Shown here piece by piece: positions 29,136 through 39,666 of a stretch of 64,000 bases of DNA. Position numbers and translations under genes: made by a program. Origin of the DNA: an uncultured SAR86 cluster bacterium (GTDB lineage Bacteria; Pseudomonadota; Gammaproteobacteria; Magnimaribacterales; D2472); the NCBI GenBank assembly GCA_902512655.1, contig CABXJR010000002.1, positions 636-64,635 on the forward strand. The letters are read 5' to 3'. The stretch's first letter is position 1. Each line of letters begins with the position of its first letter. Below the pieces are notes generated by a model. The model did no database searches and was not told where the DNA came from. It saw nothing but the letters and a program-made list of their open reading frames with translations.

Positions 29136-31278
29136 CCCAATCTCTTGTTATATTTAATCCTTGGCCCTGTTCAGTAACTCCAAATAAAGAATAGTCATTT
29201 TCTAAGAATGCTGCTCCATCGCGAGTCAAAGGTCTTAGACCAGTTCCAAAGCTAGCCTTTGAATGGTCATTAAAGAAAAAATCTATGGGTATCTGAAAAT
29301 AAAAGCCCTTATCAAAACTTCCTTCACCAAATTCAACTTCAGAGATATCAGTTTTAGCAAAAAATATTCCAAGTCTCAAGCCGCTCTCAAACCTTCGGGC
29401 TAAATCTAAATTAAAACCTGAGTCTTCAGCTAAAAATCTCCCCATCTTCAGTGAAGCGATAATTTTAGATCTTGGTTCTTTGTAATAAAAGTTTACAAAG
29501 CCTGAGACAGTCTCATAATCTCTGAAATCAAAACGCGAATCATATTCTCTCTGCTGAACATGAAAAACTTCTGCACCTATAGCCCAACTACTTTCAAATG
29601 GCCTATAAAGGATTTCAGCTCCATACCCACCAAACATTGTTTCGAGCAAACCAGCAGACATCTTAGTATAGATATCTTCACCAATATTACTAAACCAATT
29701 TAGATTCAGTCTAGTAATACCAAAACTCCTACTTTCTTTTAAGTACGCAACAATATCTGTTCTAACATGGGGCAAGATGCTATTTGAAGCTACTGTAAGG
29801 TCATCAAAATTATCAATAATCCCTGCTGACATAGTGGCAGTCATACTCATGTCATTTCTCAGAATTATCCTTGATTGAAGTTGTAATCTTGCTTCACCAA
29901 AATAAAAAGCATCTGGGCCCCCAATTTGCTGCCTGACTGTTGGGGCTATTTTTGTGTTAAAAATCGGGAAATTAATAGTGGGGCGATATTCATAGCTCAT
30001 TGGATCATAATCAGCTGATTCAACGCGAATATCCTCTTTAGCAACAACATACAAATTATTATCCTTATTACGTGAAAATGAGTCTCTATTGATCGTAAGA
30101 GTATTCATTGGCAATATGCCATTAAGGAGTTTGATTTCAAATTTTTTAATCTTATCAGGCGCTATATCATCTAATATACGGGCAACTCTTCCGTGGGCCA
30201 TAACACCGCTGAAATATTGACCCTGAGTATAAGTCATTGCAAATGTATCATCCTCAACATCTGCAGTTTGAAGATAGACTTTATTCTCACCTAAGAATTT
30301 TAAAGCAGATAAATATATTAGCTCATCATCACTGGAAGTTATTGTTTTGATATTTTTTGAATAATTTTTAATTAATGCTGTTGACTTCTTAGGCATATAT
30401 TTTTTCTTACCTAAAGACCTTTTATATGAAAAACCAAAATTTAATGTATTTCCTTTGGTATAACCTAACTTAAGATGAAAGTTTTTAGTAAGTGGATGCA
30501 GAAAACCAATATTTATTTTTGATGTTTGCGTCTTTGGTAAATCAAAAACGAATGGGTTATCAATATCAAGCAACCCCTCAACCTCATAATTAGTTGAATC
30601 ATACTCAAGAATCATGCGTGTTCCATTAAGATTTGGTAAAGCTATTTCAGCTCCCGCAAAAGCACCCATAGGCCCAGAAAAATATGAGCCAATACTAAAT
30701 TCACCACCTTGAGTTTCTTGAAGTTTAGTACGTTCATTAAAATTACTATCGATATCAGAAAGCGGATTAGAGTAATTTTGACTTCCCATTGCGCCCCAGG
30801 CTAAACCAAATGAAAGGTCTATGTAATTAAACCGTTTTGAGAAAACAATGTATTCTGATGAGAACATCCCCGTTCCAGCAAGATCACGAAAACCAATGGC
30901 TACTTGAGGAATCATCATTCCTTCTTTTTTAATTCTTATTTTTGCATCGAAACTTTTATCTTTATAAGTTTGATTGCCACTAAAAGATTTAACATCACTG
31001 TATAGAGCATTATTTACGTCAGTATATTGATATGAAGTCTCTAACCAGTCAAATGGATAGGCAATGATAGAGCCTCTTAAATATGGTTCATTGTGAGACC
31101 ATGAAAGAGCCAAGGTACCCTCTTCATGCAGCCTTGCAGTAGGATTTTGAAGAAGGCCTGTAGTGCCATAATTACTAATACTAGGAACATCATAATGGGG
31201 GTAAATATAATCATATATTGATCCATATGCTGATGAAACAAAAAGTTGAAGAAGCAACAAGATAAAGCACTTCTTCAT
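29119..31278 (-). CDS. YjbH/GfcD family outer-membrane exopolysaccharide beta-barrel
   Basis: SNYGTTGLLQNPTAR, PFDWLE, YKDKSFDAK, RDLAGTGMFSSEY, LPHVRTD, GLLETMFGGYGAE, GRFLAED, FGEGSFDKG, PLTRDG. Confidence 0.92.
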   Translation of the reverse strand: MKKCFILLLLQLFVSSAYGSIYDYIYPHYDVPSISNYGTTGLLQNPTARLHEEGTLALSWSHNEPYLRGSIIAYPFDWLETSYQYTDVNNALYSDVKSFSGNQTYKDKSFDAKIRIKKEGMMIPQVAIGFRDLAGTGMFSSEYIVFSKRFNYIDLSFGLAWGAMGSQNYSNPLSDIDSNFNERTKLQETQGGEFSIGSYFSGPMGAFAGAEIALPNLNGTRMILEYDSTNYEVEGLLDIDNPFVFDLPKTQTSKINIGFLHPLTKNFHLKLGYTKGNTLNFGFSYKRSLGKKKYMPKKSTALIKNYSKNIKTITSSDDELIYLSALKFLGENKVYLQTADVEDDTFAMTYTQGQYFSGVMAHGRVARILDDIAPDKIKKFEIKLLNGILPMNTLTINRDSFSRNKDNNLYVVAKEDIRVESADYDPMSYEYRPTINFPIFNTKIAPTVRQQIGGPDAFYFGEARLQLQSRIILRNDMSMTATMSAGIIDNFDDLTVASNSILPHVRTDIVAYLKESRSFGITRLNLNWFSNIGEDIYTKMSAGLLETMFGGYGAEILYRPFESSWAIGAEVFHVQQREYDSRFDFRDYETVSGFVNFYYKEPRSKIIASLKMGRFLAEDSGFNLDLARRFESGLRLGIFFAKTDISEVEFGEGSFDKGFYFQIPIDFFFNDHSKASFGTGLRPLTRDGAAFLENDYSLFGVTEQGQGLNITRDWDDLYQ

Positions 31279-31316
31279 GGAACTAAATCTTACATCTCAC
31301 AATTACAAATTATTCG

Positions 31317-33188
31317 CTAATCACTAATGCTATTCAATGAAGCTAGGGAAATAGCTAGACTACTCAGAATTGGAGAAATAGTCGATGCATATCGAATTCC
31401 AGATAACTTACCAATATTTCTAGGAGCATAGATTATAGAGCCAGGATATATTTCTATATCAGGTGAATAAAGGTTAAATTTCTTCTGATAAATATGTGTT
31501 TTACCATCTGGATCAATGATTACCAACTCTTCATAAGCAGAATCTTTCAGGCCTCCTGCAAGCTCAATATATTGTGAAACTCTCATTGAGGGGTTAAAAA
31601 CTAAATTAGAAGGCTTTCTGAAATCTCCAAATAAGTAAACTATTTTTTGTAATGGGGGTATTACGATTTTATCATTATGCTGAAGAGCAATGTCTTTTTC
31701 GGGGCTAGATTTTAATGCAGTCAAGCGAAAGTTTGTTACGATTCTACCAGAATAATTCTGCGATCTAAGCTCTTCAGCAAGTAAATCTAAGGCGCTATTG
31801 TTTATAGAGCTTCCTTCTTTACCAATGCTTGAAACTATGTATTTAACTGTATCTTCATAATTAAGCTGTGCAAATAGTTTCTCTTTTGAGATTGCATCTT
31901 CTCGAAATAAAGATCCACCAAATATATAGGCACTCTCTAAATAGCCGCCAGCTCTCTCAATAATGGTAGATAAAGTATCACCTTCATTTATAAAATATTT
32001 TCCAGGCCTCCTCACTTCACCAGAAATATTAACTACTTCTAAAGGCTCAATTACAGAGTCAAATGAAGGCACTAGCAGCGAATCTCTTGGCTTGAGCTGG
32101 AAATTATTAAGAGCCTGAAGTTGAAGCTTTAAATAAGTTTTTGTAGAGAGGTCAACTCTGCTTACTAAGATTTCATCAAAACCATCAAATGCATATGAGA
32201 AACCTGAAGCAAATGAAATAATTTTGGCAGCTGTTTCTCCTGGAAGAACTTCATATATTGCTTGGTTATTGACCCCGCCAGAAACTGGCACTCTGTATGA
32301 CAATGGGTGGACATAAATCGTATCGCCAGACCTCAGACCAAGATCACTAGTATACTTTCCAAAAACAAAAATATCATAAAGATCAATGGTCTTAATTGTT
32401 TCTCCCTGTCTTCGTAGATCAATTTTCCTATACGAGCCAGTTTCAGATATACCTCCAGCAACATTCAGAGCACCTAGGATACTTGAGCCCCCACTTAGTG
32501 TGTATATGCCCGGACTTTCAACGCCTCCCAAAAGCAGAACCTGAACATCTCTTACTTCAGATAAGGATAAATATGCCTCAACACCAACAGATGTAGATTC
32601 AATTAAACCATTTACTGCTGCTTCTGTGTCCTCTAGAGTCTTGCCTGTTACAGATATCTTTCCAAAACCTGGGACAATCAAAGACCCGTCTCTTTGGACC
32701 ATTAATTCAAATTCTTTACTAATTTTTCCAGTGGTCAAAAGGTCAAATGAATCTCCAACATCAACTATATACTCTCCACTTAAATTTGGAACATTGACTG
32801 GCATAAATGAAGATTGCAAGGTGCTAAAAAACTCTTGGCCAAAGATGTTTAAAGCTGTTTGATCTTTTTGATCATCAGCAGAAATTCTCTTATCTAGAGC
32901 AAGTATTTGTTTCTTGAGCTTTTGAAGGATAATCTTGTTCTTATCTACAGATGTTTCAGATCTAAATAAATTCTGCAGGTCAATTTCATCCTTTACTTGA
33001 TTCTGAACTTCTATCTCATCTCTTACTGAGGCAGGCAATCCAGCTAAAAATTCTTCACTAAGTATTTCTCCTGATGATAATGAGGCTTGAGATGAAACAT
33101 AACCAGGTAATAAACTTATTAAAAATGTTACTTTAATGAGAGTAGTTAAGATTGAAGCTAGAGTGAATTTACTTGATAAAAAGTCCAT
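31317..33188 (-). CDS. Polysaccharide export OPX protein with multiple SLBB domains (WbfF/OtnA/KpsD-like)
   Basis: FGQEFF, EYIVDVGD, V.RDG.L..PGFG Poly_export motif, repeated G.V..PG.Y SLBB units, C-terminal amphipathic helix. No lipobox. Confidence 0.88.
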   Translation of the reverse strand: MDFLSSKFTLASILTTLIKVTFLISLLPGYVSSQASLSSGEILSEEFLAGLPASVRDEIEVQNQVKDEIDLQNLFRSETSVDKNKIILQKLKKQILALDKRISADDQKDQTALNIFGQEFFSTLQSSFMPVNVPNLSGEYIVDVGDSFDLLTTGKISKEFELMVQRDGSLIVPGFGKISVTGKTLEDTEAAVNGLIESTSVGVEAYLSLSEVRDVQVLLLGGVESPGIYTLSGGSSILGALNVAGGISETGSYRKIDLRRQGETIKTIDLYDIFVFGKYTSDLGLRSGDTIYVHPLSYRVPVSGGVNNQAIYEVLPGETAAKIISFASGFSYAFDGFDEILVSRVDLSTKTYLKLQLQALNNFQLKPRDSLLVPSFDSVIEPLEVVNISGEVRRPGKYFINEGDTLSTIIERAGGYLESAYIFGGSLFREDAISKEKLFAQLNYEDTVKYIVSSIGKEGSSINNSALDLLAEELRSQNYSGRIVTNFRLTALKSSPEKDIALQHNDKIVIPPLQKIVYLFGDFRKPSNLVFNPSMRVSQYIELAGGLKDSAYEELVIIDPDGKTHIYQKKFNLYSPDIEIYPGSIIYAPRNIGKLSGIRYASTISPILSSLAISLASLNSISD

Positions 33189-33284
33189 TTTAGATATTGT
33201 CCTGAATATTATTATTGTAATTTGAAAAAGTATTATAACTGATAATTAATAATAACTATATTAAGCCAAGCTTATATAAAATTA

Positions 33285-34259
33285 TTACAGTTTTTTTGAT
33301 ATGTTTCCGTTTACAAAGGCGCTTATTTTAGCAAAATCAAGTAAAGTTGAGAGAAAAAAAATACCAACAAGAAAAACTGGATTTATAAGGAGCAAGCCTG
33401 CTCCTTTTTTTATTGGTAAAAATATAACTCTCGTTACAAAATATAGAATTAAAATACTTAAAGCTATAATTTTTGTAATGTGTGGAATAAATACATCGCC
33501 TCCTGCAATGGCAACAGCAATCCAATTCCAGTTTTGCGCAGCAATTATAATTAAAATTGATCCCAGATAAAAATATAATTCTTTATGTTTTTGAAAAAAG
33601 GGTAAGTGATGAGTATATTTATAATTTCTGTACCATTTCTTAATAATATCTGTAAAACTTATATTTTTTAACCCAACATAGGTGATCTTTTCAGCACTCT
33701 CAACTAAAGGGATTTTATGGAGAAGCGATCTACTCATCCAATCTCCATCTTCCCCTGCTCTAACATTATCAATAAATAAGCCACACTTGAAAAACACTTT
33801 TTTGTGAATTAATGAGCCGGGCAATGTTTTAAGCGCTTTAAAGCCAAAAGTTGCAGCAACGATAATTTTTTCTTTTACGGTCTCTGCGGCATAGAGTGTT
33901 GAACCTCTAACGAATATTGCATCAGAGGGCTTAAATTGCTCAAAAGTGATTTGTAGCCAGAATTTACTTGGTACAGTTTGAACATCTAAAAACGCTATCA
34001 AGTCATTTTTTGATGACTGAATACCTAGATTTCTTGCATGACCTGGAAAAATTGATTTTTTTTCAATTATTTGAAAGGAAATATTTTTTTGGTTACAAAA
34101 AAATAAGAAATTTTCTTCGCATTCAAGTCTTTGATATGATGAGTCAACAATGATGATTTCATCGGGTAGAATAGTCCAAGCAGGAATTGATCCCAAGAGT
34201 GAAACTAATAAATTTCTTTGATTTTGGTGAGGGATGATCAGAGTGATTGGTTGATTCAT
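33285..34259 (-). CDS. Glycosyltransferase family 2 with C-terminal TM helices
   Basis: TLIIP, EIIIVDS, GHARNLG, IAFLD, GED; three hydrophobic C-terminal segments. Confidence 0.85.
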   Translation of the reverse strand: MNQPITLIIPHQNQRNLLVSLLGSIPAWTILPDEIIIVDSSYQRLECEENFLFFCNQKNISFQIIEKKSIFPGHARNLGIQSSKNDLIAFLDVQTVPSKFWLQITFEQFKPSDAIFVRGSTLYAAETVKEKIIVAATFGFKALKTLPGSLIHKKVFFKCGLFIDNVRAGEDGDWMSRSLLHKIPLVESAEKITYVGLKNISFTDIIKKWYRNYKYTHHLPFFQKHKELYFYLGSILIIIAAQNWNWIAVAIAGGDVFIPHITKIIALSILILYFVTRVIFLPIKKGAGLLLINPVFLVGIFFLSTLLDFAKISAFVNGNISKKL

Positions 34260-34268
34260 TATTAATTA

Positions 34269-35408
34269 TTAAAAATCTTTCAATACATTAAAAAATTTAT
34301 TTATAACTATCTCTTCATCAAAATTTTTTTCTATAATTTTTCTCGCATTCAAGCCCATATTCATCCTTTCTATATTACTCATATTCAGCATTACATTCAG
34401 AGATGTCTTGATAGATTTAATACTCTTAGGTTTGAATAATAACCCATTAACCTTATTTTGTATTACATTCCTGCAACCAGGAACGTCTGAGGCCAATGAT
34501 GGCAAGCCCATCGCACCAGCTTCTAATAAAATTTTTGGCATGCCCTCTCGATATGATGGCAATACTACACAATCTACGTTAGCCAACACATCTTCAATTT
34601 TATCGGTAGGGCCAATATAATCTATAAAGGGAATTCTAGAAAATATATGTAATTCTTCTTTTGAAATTGCTGAATTATTATCAACATCTGCAAAACCACA
34701 TAAGATCAATTTACATTTTTTATTTACTTTGCTGATTTCTGAGAATGCTTCAATAAGCTCAAAAATTCCCTTATCTTTAAGCATTCTACCAGCATACAAA
34801 AAAGAAAAAATTGCGTCTGTGTTTTTTTCTTTTGATCTTAATTTAGGATGAAATCTCTTAAGATCAACACCAGACCCTGGTAAAAGATCTAGACTCTCTT
34901 TATGAACTAATTTTTGATCACTCAAAAAATTGTAATCCTCAATATTTTGACAAAAGACTTTATGGGCAAAGGGCTGACTAATTTTATACAAAAATTTAAC
35001 AATAAATGAAGAAAGAGATGCGGACAAGAATGCGGTTCCTAATCCTGAAATATTATTTACAGATGGTATTCCTAGAATCTTGGAGGCTAAGGTTCCATAA
35101 ATATTATTTTTAACTGTAAAATGAAATGCAACATTCGGCCTTATATTTTTGTAGATTTTATAAAATTTATATAAAAGAAATAAATCAAGTGCGGGATTTG
35201 TAGATTTACTATTAAAGTTTAGCTCATGATAGCCGCAACCAAGGTCTTGTAGCTTCGAATGATATCCATCATTTGGGCTAACGCAAATTACTTCAAAACC
35301 TCTAGATAGCGCCTCCTTGATAGTAGAGTACCGAAAATTATATAAGTACCATGATGAATTTGCTGATAGAGTTAAAGTTTTTTTAGTCAATGATTTCATA
35401 TGTTTCAA
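34269..35408 (-). CDS. Glycosyltransferase family 4 (CapM/PglA-like)
   Basis: YNFR, FTVKNNIYG, SGLG, PGSGVD, GRMLKDKG, VLPSYREGMPKILLEA, SDVPGC. Confidence 0.92.
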   Translation of the reverse strand: MKHMKSLTKKTLTLSANSSWYLYNFRYSTIKEALSRGFEVICVSPNDGYHSKLQDLGCGYHELNFNSKSTNPALDLFLLYKFYKIYKNIRPNVAFHFTVKNNIYGTLASKILGIPSVNNISGLGTAFLSASLSSFIVKFLYKISQPFAHKVFCQNIEDYNFLSDQKLVHKESLDLLPGSGVDLKRFHPKLRSKEKNTDAIFSFLYAGRMLKDKGIFELIEAFSEISKVNKKCKLILCGFADVDNNSAISKEELHIFSRIPFIDYIGPTDKIEDVLANVDCVVLPSYREGMPKILLEAGAMGLPSLASDVPGCRNVIQNKVNGLLFKPKSIKSIKTSLNVMLNMSNIERMNMGLNARKIIEKNFDEEIVINKFFNVLKDF

Positions 35409-36507
35409 CTGTATCCTCTAAAAGATAGCTATTGTAAGGGATCCAATCAGTTGCATGAATAGCAAAGTTTAACCATACAAATAAAACGCAGAAGTAATAA
35501 AATATAATAGATAAAACTAAAAATTGGCTGGTAATCTTTCTATTATTCAGCATGTCAGGAACATTAGAAAATATTACAAGTTGAATAGGCAGCATATATA
35601 AACCAACTCTATCTACAGCAGTTGAAATATCCCCGTTTATTATCAATAAAAAAAATAGACCTAACGAGATCCAGCACATAAGATTATACAAAGAGTGCTC
35701 ATTAGATTTAAATTTAAATCTATGAGGCCAAATTAAATAAATAATTGCAGGAAAAACACACATTAATAGCCTTATATAAGCACCTTGCGCTTGAGCGTCT
35801 TGAGCGGCAATATAATTTTTATAAAGTAATTCAAATGGCTCAATTAAGAAATTATAGTAGATAATAAACCCAATAATTGCTATTAAAGATATGCTCAAAA
35901 ATTTATTTTTACTTGCTCCCAAAGCTGCAATTGGTAGCATAATAATTCCGGATTTATGAAATGAAGTCGCTAATAATGTCCAAAATACAAACCAGCCAAT
36001 ACGTTGACGTGAAATTGCCACCAGAGCAATCATCGTAACTCCCAATGCAACTGCCTGACGGCTGTATCCCATGCTCACTACAATGACCATATAAGGCATT
36101 GCGACTGCAAGGGCCAAGAATGGACGAGGAAGATTTCTGCAAAATATCGACAAACCCAGTGAAAAAATAAATCCACATAACAAATTTGCTCCTGCGATTC
36201 CACCATTCAACTTTGCACTGATCCAGTTTAAAAAAAGATAACCTGGATCCCCAGCAATAAGGAAACCAAGATCGCTTCCAAAGGAGTCCTGAGTTTCAAA
36301 TACATGTCTATACATTCTTAAATAAGCGTACCAGTCTCCACCGACTTCAAATCTGAAGCCAATCACTAGCGTTAAAAGACAAATAATCAGCAACCAAATT
36401 GGATCTAAATGTAAAGAATATGAATTATCTGGATTTCTTAATAATCTTTTACTTCCAATAAGCGCAAAAAATGCAGGGATAGAAAATAACAACCAATATA
36501 TGCCCAT
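35383..36507 (-). CDS. EpsG family polysaccharide polymerase (Wzy-like)
   Basis: GFRFEVGGDW.AY, DPGY, MGYSRQAVA, FHKS, DR; about 10 TM segments. ATG 36507 is coupled to the asnB-like stop. Confidence 0.85.
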   Translation of the reverse strand: MGIYWLLFSIPAFFALIGSKRLLRNPDNSYSLHLDPIWLLIICLLTLVIGFRFEVGGDWYAYLRMYRHVFETQDSFGSDLGFLIAGDPGYLFLNWISAKLNGGIAGANLLCGFIFSLGLSIFCRNLPRPFLALAVAMPYMVIVVSMGYSRQAVALGVTMIALVAISRQRIGWFVFWTLLATSFHKSGIIMLPIAALGASKNKFLSISLIAIIGFIIYYNFLIEPFELLYKNYIAAQDAQAQGAYIRLLMCVFPAIIYLIWPHRFKFKSNEHSLYNLMCWISLGLFFLLIINGDISTAVDRVGLYMLPIQLVIFSNVPDMLNNRKITSQFLVLSIIFYYFCVLFVWLNFAIHATDWIPYNSYLLEDTVETYEIID

Positions 36508-38474
36508 TAGTTTTTCTCTAACCAAGATTGAAACATTAATATACTCCAAATTCGGTCAGTCCAATCATATTTTCCAGAAAGGTGCTGATTCCAAATAATA
36601 CGAATTGGTGTAGAGTGAAAATATCCACCTGAATCTAACTTCTCCTCACTTAGCAATGACTCCGCCCATTCTCTTAATGGGCCTCTAAGCCAATCTCCAA
36701 TGGGAATAGCAAAACCAGTCTTAGGACGTTCAATTAAAGATCTTGGCACTCGCTTATACAATACTTGCCTTAATGCCCATTTTGTTTCAGACCCTCTAAG
36801 TTTCATTGAGGAAGGCATCTTCCAGGCGGTTTTAACAACTCTATGATCTAGAAAAGGAACTCTTGTCTCTAAGCTATTAGCCATAGCTGCACGATCAACC
36901 TTGCACAAAATATCATCAGGAAGATAGTGCAATGAATCATGAATCATCATTCTAGATAAAAAATTATGTTCTGAAAGATACTCATTATCCAGCTCTAAAC
37001 TGCTAGAAGTTTCATGATCAGGTTTTAAATCTTTTACTATAGATCTTGGATCTGCCCATTTAGTTAAAAAACTCTTATAGAAATCATCTTCCGTTAAGGA
37101 GCTTTCTATGGCTTGAGAATATTTCAGGGCCTTGATATTCAATGATTCAATCCCTGCACCTAGTTTCAAATTATTAATGAGTGACTCAATGCCTGTCCAT
37201 GCTGTATTTGGAAAATGATTAATAAAAAAGCCTAGTATTGGTTTTATTGATTTTGGGATAAATTTTGATTGCCTCCATAATCCTGGAGCCCATAAATATC
37301 GGTTATAACCCCCAAAAATTTCATCGCCAGCATCACCAGAAAGCGATACTTTCACTTTTTCGCTAGCTACTTTTGATATCAAAAAAGTTGGAATCTGAGA
37401 CGAATCAGAAAATGGTTCATCATAAATTGTAGGTAATTCAGGAATGACTGATTGTGCTTGGTTTGCTGAGATTATCAATTCAGTATGATCTGTATTTAAA
37501 TATTTCGCTATTGATCTTGCATGTCCAGACTCATCATAATTAATTTCATCAAATCCTACTGTAAATGTTTTTACTCTATCCATCCTATCTTCTTGCATTA
37601 GAGCTACAATAGATGAAGAATCAACTCCACCACTAAGAAAAGCTCCAACCGGAACATCAGAGATCATTTGATCTTTAATCGCAGACTGTAAAGCATTATC
37701 TAATGATGAGATAGCCTCCTCATCATCTTTAAATAAATCATGTTGATTGTTAGTAACAATGGATGAGAGACTCCAGTACTTTGATGGTTTTGATAATGAA
37801 AAATAGTCTGAGGTTATATCTATTTCAATCAAATGACCGGGTTTTAATTTAAAAATATTTTTATAAATACACATAGGTGCCGGGATGTATCCATAAGTTA
37901 GATATTCAGATAATGCTTTTTTGCATATTTGGTTATCAAAATTATAAAATTTTTTTAAAGCCTTTAACTCAGATCCAAAAATAAAATCATCTCCAGATAA
38001 ACCATAGTAAAGGGGCTTCTCGCCAAAGCTATCTCTTGCTAAAAAAATTTTTCTACTCTGATTATCAAATAATGCAAATGCAAACATGCCTTGAAGCATA
38101 GAGAGAGTTTTTTTTAACCCCAATATCTCAATAGCCATTAAGAGGGTTTCAGTATCAGAATGACCCTTCCAAGAAATTATGTCATGAGAAATTTTTTCTA
38201 AAATTTTTCTGATTTCTAAATGATTGTATATTTCTCCATTATATATAATGGAGTATCTGGCTGAGGATGAATGCATGGGTTGAAAGCCGTTTTTTGAGAT
38301 ATCCTGAATGGATAATCTCGTATGGCCTAAAGCAACTCTATTTAAATCATCAATCCATACGCCATGATCGTCAGGACCTCTATGAGATATAGATTTGGTC
38401 ATGGATGTAATAATCTGCATAACAGGAATATCATGTTTACCATTTTTTAAAATAAATCCTGTTATTCCGCACAT
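36507..38474 (-). CDS. Asparagine synthase (glutamine-hydrolysing) family amidotransferase, likely sugar amidation
   Basis: MCGITG, HRGPD, LGHTRLSIQD, NGEIYN, FLSGGVDSS, SGDAGDEIFGGY, KVDRAAMANSLETRVPFLD. Confidence 0.93.
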   Translation of the reverse strand: MCGITGFILKNGKHDIPVMQIITSMTKSISHRGPDDHGVWIDDLNRVALGHTRLSIQDISKNGFQPMHSSSARYSIIYNGEIYNHLEIRKILEKISHDIISWKGHSDTETLLMAIEILGLKKTLSMLQGMFAFALFDNQSRKIFLARDSFGEKPLYYGLSGDDFIFGSELKALKKFYNFDNQICKKALSEYLTYGYIPAPMCIYKNIFKLKPGHLIEIDITSDYFSLSKPSKYWSLSSIVTNNQHDLFKDDEEAISSLDNALQSAIKDQMISDVPVGAFLSGGVDSSSIVALMQEDRMDRVKTFTVGFDEINYDESGHARSIAKYLNTDHTELIISANQAQSVIPELPTIYDEPFSDSSQIPTFLISKVASEKVKVSLSGDAGDEIFGGYNRYLWAPGLWRQSKFIPKSIKPILGFFINHFPNTAWTGIESLINNLKLGAGIESLNIKALKYSQAIESSLTEDDFYKSFLTKWADPRSIVKDLKPDHETSSSLELDNEYLSEHNFLSRMMIHDSLHYLPDDILCKVDRAAMANSLETRVPFLDHRVVKTAWKMPSSMKLRGSETKWALRQVLYKRVPRSLIERPKTGFAIPIGDWLRGPLREWAESLLSEEKLDSGGYFHSTPIRIIWNQHLSGKYDWTDRIWSILMFQSWLEKN

Positions 38475-38488
38475 AAAAACACCATGGA

Positions 38489-39655
38489 TTAGTAAATCTT
38501 ACTTTTTAATTGTTGATTATGAGTAAGTTCCTCGATAACTGTTAATGTTTTATTGGCCATGTTATTTATATCGTATAGTCTTTTTTGCGTCTCTTGACCA
38601 GATTTACCATATTTGTGGAGCAGCTCCTTATCTTTTAAAAGGCTTTTGATAGCTTGCAGCAAGCTGCTTTTTGAGAACGGCTTAATTAATATGCCATTTT
38701 TACCATCATTAATAATCTCATTAATTGCCGGAACATCAAAAGCAATAACGGGTTTTGCATGAAACCATGATTCTAAAACAACTAAGCCAAACCCCTCTGC
38801 TGAAGATGGGATTACCATAATATCTGAGGCTTGAATGAAATTGTGAACATTTTTCTGAAAACCCAGCCATTGAATATTTTTCTTAACACCTAATTTTTCT
38901 CCCATTTGTTTCAAACTTTTGTCTAGACTCCCATCACCAACCATTAGAATCGTAATTGATGGAAACTCTTTAACTAATTCTGGAAGGCATTCAATCAATA
39001 GATGATGTTGTTTTACTTTTTCGAGTCTGCCAGTAACTATAATTTGAGGGTCTCCATATTGAAATTCTTCAATGTTTGGATTTAATTTAATTGAATTGAA
39101 ATTAAAACCATAAGGTATAGTTATAAGCTTATGAGAATCAATTAATGCTCCATAATTAAAGAAATCTTTTAGGGATTGGGAAATACAAATAACTTTATCA
39201 GCGGTTTGAGCAGACCATTTTGTAATAAATGAAAATAGGTTAGTTTTAAGTTTTAAGTGATTTAAGCCATATTCAGTTTGAAATTTTTCATCATAACCAT
39301 GCTTTACAGATAATAGTAAAAGCGACGGAAAAAAGAGCTTCTTGATAACTGCAGCTACAAAATCTGCATATATTAAATTGCTATAAAGCATATCGAAAGA
39401 ATTTTGTTGGATAAGCCTCAAAATCTTCCATATTATCAATGGTGATATAGGAAAGTATGAATTAAATACATAGACAGTTACACCGTTCTGTCTTAAATTA
39501 TTTATAAATTCTATATGTTTACTTTTTTCTTTAGGATGCCTAATCACTAGGAATGAAATGTCAACTTTATGCTTTTTTAATTCCGGTATGATGTTTTCTA
39601 GATATCGCTCTGAACCGGCAATTTTAGCCATCTTCTGAAAACATAGAATTTTCAA
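38489..39655 (-). CDS. Glycosyltransferase family 4
   Basis: AGSERY, GRLEKVK, PSSAEGFGLVVLES, DVPAINEII. Confidence 0.9.
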   Translation of the reverse strand: MKILCFQKMAKIAGSERYLENIIPELKKHKVDISFLVIRHPKEKSKHIEFINNLRQNGVTVYVFNSYFPISPLIIWKILRLIQQNSFDMLYSNLIYADFVAAVIKKLFFPSLLLLSVKHGYDEKFQTEYGLNHLKLKTNLFSFITKWSAQTADKVICISQSLKDFFNYGALIDSHKLITIPYGFNFNSIKLNPNIEEFQYGDPQIIVTGRLEKVKQHHLLIECLPELVKEFPSITILMVGDGSLDKSLKQMGEKLGVKKNIQWLGFQKNVHNFIQASDIMVIPSSAEGFGLVVLESWFHAKPVIAFDVPAINEIINDGKNGILIKPFSKSSLLQAIKSLLKDKELLHKYGKSGQETQKRLYDINNMANKTLTVIEELTHNQQLKSKIY

Positions 39656-39666
39656 TTTTTTATATT

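Noticed and set aside
36507-38474. Housekeeping asnB
   Set aside because: Its position among glycosyltransferases and uronate genes favours a glycan amidotransferase, so no symbol was given.
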